Assembly (NCBI GenBank): GCA_964568385.1
Contig: CAZMQP010000003.1
Span: forward strand, 1 to 28,383
Direction: 5' to 3'
DNA: 28,383 nucleotides
DNA from: an uncultured bacterium
GTDB taxonomy: Bacteria > Eisenbacteria > RBG-16-71-46
The notes beneath the pieces are model-generated. The model worked only from the letters and a program-made list of their open reading frames with translations. It did not search any database and was not told where the DNA came from. Shown piece by piece: positions 6,973 through 13,726 of this stretch. Numbering within the stretch: position 1 is the first letter of the stretch; each line of letters starts with the position of its first letter. The position numbers and the translations under genes are program-made.

Positions 6973-8879
6973 TTGATCCCTCCCACCAGCTCATGGAACT
7001 TCGACAGCACCTTGTCCTTGGCGCTGGTCATCACCGTGCGGGCCGCCTCCTGCGCCTCGGACTTGAGCTTCGGCACCGAGAGCATGTCCTCGGGGATGGA
7101 CGCGTAGATGTAGTCGTCGCCCATCTTGGCGCTCCACGGCGTCGCCAGCTTCCCGTCGGTCTTGGAGTCCACGACGAGGCGGTACACGTACCCGCGCGCC
7201 TCGCGGTCCATGAAGATCTTGCGCGACACCAGCGCCTCGTTGCGGGCCGGGGAGATGCTGATGTTCTCCTCGACCTCCTCCCCCAGCTTGGGATAGTGGA
7301 TCTGCACCGTGATGCGCGTGATGCCGCTCGCCTTCATCGCCTCGAGGTCGGACTCCACTTCGATGGTGCGGGGCGCGATCGGCGCCGACAGCGTCACGCC
7401 CTCCCATCCGCCCTTGACCCACGCGGGCGTGGCGGGCCACACGCGGCCGCCGCGGAAGCTCCACTGGGTCTGGTACTCGTAGGCGTCGGGGTTCGAGTCC
7501 TCGCCGCGCGCGTAGGTCACCGTGGCGTTGATGCCCTTCTCGGCCACGAACTTCTGGTCGATGGTGACGCGGTCCTCGAACGGGTTCCCCGCACTGCGCT
7601 TCTTGCGCACGTTGATCGTGACGTAGTTGGCCTGCTGCTCGAACAGGTCCTTGGCGTCGAGGTCGAGGATGAAGTGGATGTCGCGGTGCTGGAAGAACGG
7701 ATCGTTGAGATTCACGGCGGCGACGCACTTTGGATTATCGCGCACGCCGTCGTACCACGAGCCGAGGTTGCCGGTGAGCGTGTGCGGCTTCTTGAACGCC
7801 AGCCGCGAGTTGAGCGAGATGACGCGCGACTTGCTCTGGTAGGCGGACCGGATCGCCGACCGGTTGAACGTGTAGCCCGACCCCTTGCGGGCGTCGGGGT
7901 CCTTGTCCTCGGCGGCGGCCGCGGGCGGGGGCGGCGCCGGCTCGGCGATCGAGTTCAGGAACAGCTGCAGGAAGGCCTCGCGCACCTTGGCCACGCGGTC
8001 GTCCGAGACCAGTTCGTCGAACTGGAGCTTGATGACCTGCTTCTCGACGAGGAAGTCGAACTGCGACTTCACCTCGTTGTAGCTGTACGAGTAGATGCCC
8101 GAGCAGCTCCAGAATCCGCACTTGGTGCCGGTGCGGGTCCGCGTGTACTGCGAGCTGAGCGTGGTGCTGTCCTTCTCGAGCTTGGACCAGTCCACCGTCA
8201 TCGTCGCCCGCACGGCGGGCGTGAGCACGGTGTAGGCGAAGTGGAGGTCGAGCGACACGTCGCTGATGGACCGCTGCCTCTCGAACGTCGCCGCCAGGAG
8301 CTGGGCCCCCTCCGACGACAGGCGCGCTGCGGCGGCGGCCTTGCCGCCCGGCACGAGCGGCGCCCGGCCCGAGTTGACCATGGCCGTGGTGAGCTTGTTG
8401 TCGGACATCGTGGCCGAGATGATCTGGAAGCTGCCCGACTCGCCGTGGGCCTCCATCGGCACGACGCCCATGAGCTCCGCCTTGGCATCCACCTTCTTGA
8501 GCTTCTCGGCGAGCTCGGTCTCCTGGGCCGGCGTCAGCCCCCACTCCATCAGGAAGTGCATGAGCCCGCCGTTGATGCCGCCCGCGTCGGCACGCGCCTC
8601 GGTGGTGAACTTGAGGAACAGGAACTCCGGCACGCCGTCCGCCCGCCGCGACAGGCGCAGGTTCGCGGGCAGGTAGTAGTACTGCTTGGTCTTCGCATCC
8701 CCGGTGGCGCCGGCGACGGCGATCAGCGTGATGGGCGTGTTGTCGCCGAGCGTGATCGTGAGCCGGTTCTCGTCGTCGAGCACCACGGCCCGCGCGGGCG
8801 CCGCCAGGTGCATCCCCATGACCGTCGTGACCACCGCCAGCGCCGCCCGTGCGGCCCTGCGGATCCGTGCCGCTCCCAT
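6969..8879 (-). CDS. g5: exported protein of the unnamed paralogue family, subtype B (636 aa)
   Basis: The track ORF starts at 9314, but its first 145 codons overlap g4 and the g4-g5 spacer. ATG 8879 has a strong SD (GGAGGGAGG) and opens a signal peptide (..HLAAPARA|V). An in-frame ATG at 8951 is an alternative start. Motifs QYYYLPANLRL, GVPEFLF, SGRAP, VNLNDPFFQHR, WSFRGG. Confidence 0.88.
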   Translation of the reverse strand: MGAARIRRAARAALAVVTTVMGMHLAAPARAVVLDDENRLTITLGDNTPITLIAVAGATGDAKTKQYYYLPANLRLSRRADGVPEFLFLKFTTEARADAGGINGGLMHFLMEWGLTPAQETELAEKLKKVDAKAELMGVVPMEAHGESGSFQIISATMSDNKLTTAMVNSGRAPLVPGGKAAAAARLSSEGAQLLAATFERQRSISDVSLDLHFAYTVLTPAVRATMTVDWSKLEKDSTTLSSQYTRTRTGTKCGFWSCSGIYSYSYNEVKSQFDFLVEKQVIKLQFDELVSDDRVAKVREAFLQLFLNSIAEPAPPPPAAAAEDKDPDARKGSGYTFNRSAIRSAYQSKSRVISLNSRLAFKKPHTLTGNLGSWYDGVRDNPKCVAAVNLNDPFFQHRDIHFILDLDAKDLFEQQANYVTINVRKKRSAGNPFEDRVTIDQKFVAEKGINATVTYARGEDSNPDAYEYQTQWSFRGGRVWPATPAWVKGGWEGVTLSAPIAPRTIEVESDLEAMKASGITRITVQIHYPKLGEEVEENISISPARNEALVSRKIFMDREARGYVYRLVVDSKTDGKLATPWSAKMGDDYIYASIPEDMLSVPKLKSEAQEAARTVMTSAKDKVLSKFHELVGGIK

Positions 8880-8901
8880 GTGATCGCCTCCCTCCACTCG
8901 G

Positions 8902-8919
8902 CCGGATCCGCGGATCCGG
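8902..8919. other. Perfect 18-bp palindrome CCGGATCCGCGGATCCGG in the g4-g5 spacer
   Basis: Read directly from the sequence; it lies just upstream of the g5 ribosome-binding site. Function unknown. Confidence 0.5.
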
Positions 8920-8947
8920 GAGAATCGTTGCACTGCCTCGAACGGCC

Positions 8948-10684
8948 TCATGGCAGCTCGTCCACGAAGACCAGCCCGCTCGACAGCTGCCGCTTCGCCG
9001 TCACCCGCTGCCCGCCCGCGAGCTGCCATGTCAGCATCACCTCGTAGGCGGGCTGGCCGAGCGGCAGCGTGATCTCCAGCTGCTTGCGGTCGAAGGGCTC
9101 GTCCGGCCGCACCACCATCTGGGGGCGGCGGCGCTCGCCGAAGAATGGGTAGTCGATCTCGACCACCACGGCGCGCACGCCGCGCGCGCGCAGGGCGTCG
9201 GGGTCGCCGGCGAGCTGGATGACATGGCGCTCGTAGGGCGCGAACAGGTCGATCATGGGCGCCTCCGAGCGGATCCAGTCCGTGGCATGCACGCCGCCGC
9301 CGCGGAAGCTCCACCGCGTCCGGTAGTCATAGCCCAGCCACGCCACGCGGTCCCGGTCATCGTTCCAGCCGTAGACCATGCGCAGCCCGGCCGTGGAGCC
9401 GCTGGCGTTGTGGCGGTCGAGCACGAGCTCGCGCAGCGTCTGCTCGCCGTTCGAGTGGGTCTTGCGCATCGTGACGGTGATGCTGTTGATGACGCTCTGC
9501 AGCTCGGGCAGCAGCGCGCCGTCCACGCCCACCTGCACCTCGCGCTGCTGGAACGCCGCATCCCCCAGGTTGACCGTGCGGAAGTGCCGCGGGTCCGAAC
9601 CGTGCGTCCGCTCGAAGTCGCCGAGGTTGAACGCGATCGAGTGATGCCGCTGCACCGAGGCACGGTGGTCGAACGTCATCACGCTCCGGCCCTCGGACCG
9701 GACGTCGCGGATCTGGTAGGCGAGCTCGGCGCCGTAGCCCAGCATCTTGCGGCTCGACATCGCGCTCCCCGAGCCGAACATCGTGCCGAGGGCGTCCATG
9801 AGCCCGCCCCGCTCGGCGGGCGGCACGCGCTCGGGTTCGACGGGCTTGAACAGCAGGTCGAGCAGGCGGCCGTACACCGTGTTCAGCAGCCCCTCCGTGA
9901 CGGGGTCGTTGCCCGCCGTGCGCAGCTCCACTGCCTGGGTGCGCCGCAGTTCGTCAATGGCGACGCCGATGTCCGCGCTCACGAAGTAGGCGGTGGCTCC
10001 CGCCGAGAACGTCTTGCTCTTGCGCACCTCGGACCAGTTCACCGTCAGGTCGGCGCGGTAGGCGTCGGTGAGGCCGGTGAAGGTGAGGTCGAAGAGCAGG
10101 GACACATCGGGCGTGGCCATCGCGAACGACTTGAGCAGCAGGGTGGCCCGCTCGGGATCGAGATCGAACGACAGCGCGAGGCGGTTGCCCTCGAGCACCG
10201 GCGCCCGGCCGGTGGCGAGCGCGTGCCGGGACGACGACTCGCGCCCCGGCTGCAGGACGGACGAGACGAGCGTGTAGCGGCCCTCGCTGCACACGATCGG
10301 GCCCCGCAGGCTGACGCGCGGGTTCCCGACCTGCTGGCGCAGGGCAGCGCCCGCCTCCTGCACCATCGCCGCTGGGGTCTCGAGCTCGACCAGGAACGTG
10401 AGCACGCCGCCGCCGCGGGCCTCGGTGATGCTCGAAGCGCTCGCGCTGTCGCCGCTCGTGTTGATGACGTAGCGCACGAACGAGAACTGCGGACGGCCCT
10501 GCTCGTCCTCGGCGAGCCGGACCGCCGCGGGCAGATGGACGTAGGTGAGGCTGTCGGTGGTGAGCGGGAAGCACCACAGCCCGCCCGCGCGCACGCCCCG
10601 GTCCACGAGCACCGGCTGGGCGAGCGCCGCCGGCGCGCACGCCAGCAGGACGCCGAGGCTGCAGGCGAGGGTGGTGCGCCTCAT
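8948..10684 (-). CDS. g4: exported protein of the unnamed paralogue family, subtype A (578 aa)
   Basis: ATGA overlap with the g3 stop. Signal peptide ..APAALA|Q, with a possible lipobox LLAC. Motifs TYVHLPAAVRL, GRPQFSFVRYV, TGRAP, VNLGDAAFQQR, WSFRGG and C-terminal VDELP. Confidence 0.9.
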   Translation of the reverse strand: MRRTTLACSLGVLLACAPAALAQPVLVDRGVRAGGLWCFPLTTDSLTYVHLPAAVRLAEDEQGRPQFSFVRYVINTSGDSASASSITEARGGGVLTFLVELETPAAMVQEAGAALRQQVGNPRVSLRGPIVCSEGRYTLVSSVLQPGRESSSRHALATGRAPVLEGNRLALSFDLDPERATLLLKSFAMATPDVSLLFDLTFTGLTDAYRADLTVNWSEVRKSKTFSAGATAYFVSADIGVAIDELRRTQAVELRTAGNDPVTEGLLNTVYGRLLDLLFKPVEPERVPPAERGGLMDALGTMFGSGSAMSSRKMLGYGAELAYQIRDVRSEGRSVMTFDHRASVQRHHSIAFNLGDFERTHGSDPRHFRTVNLGDAAFQQREVQVGVDGALLPELQSVINSITVTMRKTHSNGEQTLRELVLDRHNASGSTAGLRMVYGWNDDRDRVAWLGYDYRTRWSFRGGGVHATDWIRSEAPMIDLFAPYERHVIQLAGDPDALRARGVRAVVVEIDYPFFGERRRPQMVVRPDEPFDRKQLEITLPLGQPAYEVMLTWQLAGGQRVTAKRQLSSGLVFVDELP

Positions 10685-12510
10685 CGCGCCGCACCCCGTG
10701 CCGCGGGAGAGGGCGGGACCAGGAACAGGTAGTCCGACTCGAGCAGCGACAGCTTCTCCTCATGGCTCCCGCTCGCCGAGTGCCACGACACGCGGTACGC
10801 CACCGGCGAGTCGCGGTCCACGTAGAGCGCCACGCGCGTGGTCGGCGTGGCATCCGCCGCCCGCAGGGTGGCCTTGCGCTCTAGCTTGGGCTTGCCGGCC
10901 TGGAGGATGGCGAACTCGACGACGCCGGTGTTGACGCCCTGGGTGGCGAAGCCCTGCCGGTCGGACTCGATCTCGACGATCCGCTTGGTGAGCGGCGGGA
11001 CCAGCGAGATCGCCGCGTCGGAGCTCTTGATCCACTCCTCCTCCTTCGGCGGCACCGAAAGCGTCGGTCCGCCGCGCAGGCTCCAGCGCACCTGGTACTC
11101 GTACTGGGTCCAGTCCTTGCCCGTCAGGCCGAGGCGCGGGAACGCGATGGTGGCGGTGGTGCGGCCCGCCTCGAGATCGGCGCGGCTCAGCTGGATGGAC
11201 TTGGTGAACGCCGGACGGTCGGCGTAGGTCTTGCGGAAGCTCACCGAGACGAAGTTGATGGTCTCCTGGAACGCATCCAGGAAGTCGCCGTCGAGCTGGA
11301 AGTAGACCGGCCGGAACTCGAACGCCGCGTCGGCGAGATTCACGATGCGGAAGCAGCGGCTGTCCTCCGCCAGCTCCCGATAGAGCCCGCCCAGGTTGCC
11401 GGACGTGCTGACCGGCACGCGGATCGACGAGTTCTTGTTCAGGACGAGCGTGAACGTGCTCTGCCGGATGTCCTTGCGGTTCTTGAGCACCCACTGGTCG
11501 TCCGAGACGTAGTTCTGGTTGCCGCTGCCCGAGAACAGCTTGGACAGGAACCCCCGCGACTGCCGGCCCTGGAGCTGCCCGCGCTCGACGGCGACCTCGG
11601 TGGCGGGCACCTTCGACCAGCCGCTCGAGTCGTCGAACATGAGCGTGGTGAGCTTGTCGGTCACGAGCTGCAGGATCCCCGCCATGTCGTCGGACTTGAT
11701 CCCCAGCCCCGCGCTGCGATCGACCACGTCGATCTTGAGCGTGCCGTTGCGATGCAGCTGGTCCACGATGTCGCGCACCTGCCGGCGGGTGTAGCCCTTC
11801 TGCGCGTTCGCGATCTGGCTGAAGTGCTCGTAGACCGCCGAGACGTCGGCCGTGACGCGGGCGTTGTAGCCCTGCACCAGCGCCTCGTAGTAGCCGTGCA
11901 CCGAGACCGACACGTCCGAGGTGGGACCGGAGAGCGAGTTCCACAGCAGGGTCGCGCCCTGCGGCGAGAGGATGGCCGCGACCACGGCGCGCGAGCCGGG
12001 GGTGAACGGGGCGCGCCCCGACGCCACCACCGAGCGCGTGAAGCCCCCCTCGCCCTTGTTCGAGAGCACCGCCGAGACCACCTCGAACGAGCCGGTGCCC
12101 TCGACGCCGTCCTTGGTGGCCTGCATGAGCGGGACCGGGCCCATGATGCGGACGTTGCCCGCGCTCTTGCGCAGCTCCGCCTCCACTTTGGCGAGCCGGT
12201 CCTGCGGCAGCGTGAACTCGACCAGCGCGTGCAGGAGCCCGCCGCTCGTCCCCCCCTGCGCGTCCACGTACTTCAGGCACAGCAGCTCGTAACTGCCGTC
12301 CTCGCGCTGCGCGAGCCGCGGGTACTGGGGCACGTAGTAGTAGGCGGTCGGGTCGCCGGAGTCCTGCAGCAGCTGCACCCCGAGCACGACGCGCGAGCCC
12401 TGGTCGTAGTTCACGATCGCCCGGGCGGGGGCGGCGCTCAGGGACAGCGCGGCGCTCGCGACAAGCGCGGCGGTGCGGTACGCGTGCTCGATGCGGCGGA
12501 ACCGGATCAT
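10681..12510 (-). CDS. g3: exported protein of the unnamed paralogue family, subtype B (609 aa)
   Basis: Signal peptide ..SAAPARA|I. Motifs AYYYVPQYPRL, GGLLHALVEF, SGRAP, VNLADAAFEFR, WSLRGG. Confidence 0.9.
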   Translation of the reverse strand: MIRFRRIEHAYRTAALVASAALSLSAAPARAIVNYDQGSRVVLGVQLLQDSGDPTAYYYVPQYPRLAQREDGSYELLCLKYVDAQGGTSGGLLHALVEFTLPQDRLAKVEAELRKSAGNVRIMGPVPLMQATKDGVEGTGSFEVVSAVLSNKGEGGFTRSVVASGRAPFTPGSRAVVAAILSPQGATLLWNSLSGPTSDVSVSVHGYYEALVQGYNARVTADVSAVYEHFSQIANAQKGYTRRQVRDIVDQLHRNGTLKIDVVDRSAGLGIKSDDMAGILQLVTDKLTTLMFDDSSGWSKVPATEVAVERGQLQGRQSRGFLSKLFSGSGNQNYVSDDQWVLKNRKDIRQSTFTLVLNKNSSIRVPVSTSGNLGGLYRELAEDSRCFRIVNLADAAFEFRPVYFQLDGDFLDAFQETINFVSVSFRKTYADRPAFTKSIQLSRADLEAGRTTATIAFPRLGLTGKDWTQYEYQVRWSLRGGPTLSVPPKEEEWIKSSDAAISLVPPLTKRIVEIESDRQGFATQGVNTGVVEFAILQAGKPKLERKATLRAADATPTTRVALYVDRDSPVAYRVSWHSASGSHEEKLSLLESDYLFLVPPSPAARGAAR

Positions 12511-12535
12511 CGTGGAGGATCCCCCTGGCGGCGCC

Positions 12536-13723
12536 TCAGCGGATGGGACGGACCCCGGTGGCGGCCGCCGGCGCGGGCGTGGTCAGGTCGAGGACGTCCA
12601 GCCAGTCACGACCCGCCCGCCAGCCGCCCTGCGTCGAACTCCCGTCGGGCCGGACCTCCGCCACCCGGTAGCGGTAGGGTCGGTCCAGCCGAACGGCGAC
12701 CGGGAAGCGAAGGCTCGTCTGGTATACGTCCGGATGAGCCCGGGCGAACACGGCCTGCAGCCGCACCGGGCGGCCGGCCACGGACTCGGCCTCCACTTCG
12801 ACCTGCTTCTCGTACAGATCGGGCCGCCGGTTGTCGCGGAAGTCGTAGCAGTACACGTCCATGGCCGCGTAGCCGGTCCGCGTCCCGGCGTCGAGGTCGA
12901 CGCGCCGCATCAGGTCCGGGAAGCGGCGGGCATCCACGTGGATCGGGATGACCCCCGCGGCGACCACCCGCCGGAGCATCGAGTCGGCGCCGGTGGCGCC
13001 CGCCGCGGACTCCGCGGCCAGTTCCCGGCCGAGCGCCTCGGCCAGCATCGGCGGCGCGTCCACGAGGCCCCACGGCTCACGCGCCACCCGCCCGTCGGCC
13101 ACCACCGCATAGGCGAGGCTCATGGACAGCAGCCCCTGCTCGAAGGCGGCGCGCAGCGCCTGGGCGGTGAGCGAGTCCAGCCCCACGCTGAACACGCGCT
13201 CCCTCCAGTAGCCCTCGCCCACCGGGCCCTCGTGCTCGCGGCTCGCGAGGAGGCGTCCTCCCGGCACTCCATGGCGGACGGTGTCGGCGGAGGCGCCGAT
13301 CGAGATGAAGAGCAGTGCGGCGCTCAACCGGCGGATGGGCAGCGGCCGCAGCTCGGCGGCGCGCCCCGCTGGCCCGAGCTGCCGGGCACAGGACGCCAGC
13401 ACCTCGGCCGGGTGGGCCGGCAGCTCCACGCGGATCGTCAGCAGGCTCTTGTGGAGCGTGAGCCCGCGATCGCGCGCCAGGGCGTTCCCGGTGTAGCGCA
13501 TGTCCACGAAGCTCAGATCGGGCCGGCCATCCTCGGCCGTGACGAGCCGCATCTCCGCGGGTGCGTAGTGGAAGAGGTCGGCCCGCTGGTCGTCCGCGAA
13601 GACGGTCACCCCGGCCACCACCCGGCGCGAGGCCAGGTCGGGCACGGCGCCGGCCGGCGCGGCGAGCACGAGCAGGAGCAGCGCGAGCCGGGCGCTCCGG
13701 CGAATCCGTGAGCAGCCGCGCAC
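12536..13723 (-). CDS. g2: exported, shortened and divergent member of the same family (395 aa)
   Basis: GTG start 3 nt after the g1 stop. Signal peptide ..LLLLVLAAPAGA|V. Motifs VFADDQRADLFHYAPAEMRL..DGRPDLSF, ELRPLPI and RRVDLD, then one C-terminal beta-rich unit (PYRYRV..DG..W). Confidence 0.82.
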   Translation of the reverse strand: MRGCSRIRRSARLALLLLVLAAPAGAVPDLASRRVVAGVTVFADDQRADLFHYAPAEMRLVTAEDGRPDLSFVDMRYTGNALARDRGLTLHKSLLTIRVELPAHPAEVLASCARQLGPAGRAAELRPLPIRRLSAALLFISIGASADTVRHGVPGGRLLASREHEGPVGEGYWRERVFSVGLDSLTAQALRAAFEQGLLSMSLAYAVVADGRVAREPWGLVDAPPMLAEALGRELAAESAAGATGADSMLRRVVAAGVIPIHVDARRFPDLMRRVDLDAGTRTGYAAMDVYCYDFRDNRRPDLYEKQVEVEAESVAGRPVRLQAVFARAHPDVYQTSLRFPVAVRLDRPYRYRVAEVRPDGSSTQGGWRAGRDWLDVLDLTTPAPAAATGVRPIR

Positions 13724-13726
13724 GGC

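Noticed and set aside
3360-8879. Impression of lower GC in g5-g7 suggesting a horizontally acquired island
   Set aside because: I could not compute a GC or codon profile. The impression is explained by Lys/Asn-richer proteins, and no integrase, tRNA or flanking direct repeat is visible.
140-9047. Long plus-strand ORFs (140..3442, 2934..4865, 4594..7107, 6921..9047 and others) in the left half
   Set aside because: They are antisense shadows of the minus-strand genes. The translations are Arg/Gly/Ala-rich with no motifs, as expected when strong GC bias removes stop codons from the opposite strand.
8880-9314. N-terminal 145 aa of the track's 781-aa ORF
   Set aside because: It largely overlaps g4 in another frame and would bury the signal peptide. 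The SD and signal peptide point to ATG 8879 (or at most 8951).
8789-13723. Twin-arginine pairs in the N-termini of g2, g3, g4 and g5 as Tat signals
   Set aside because: None matches S/T-R-R-x-F-L-K well, and RR is frequent in GC-rich signal n-regions.
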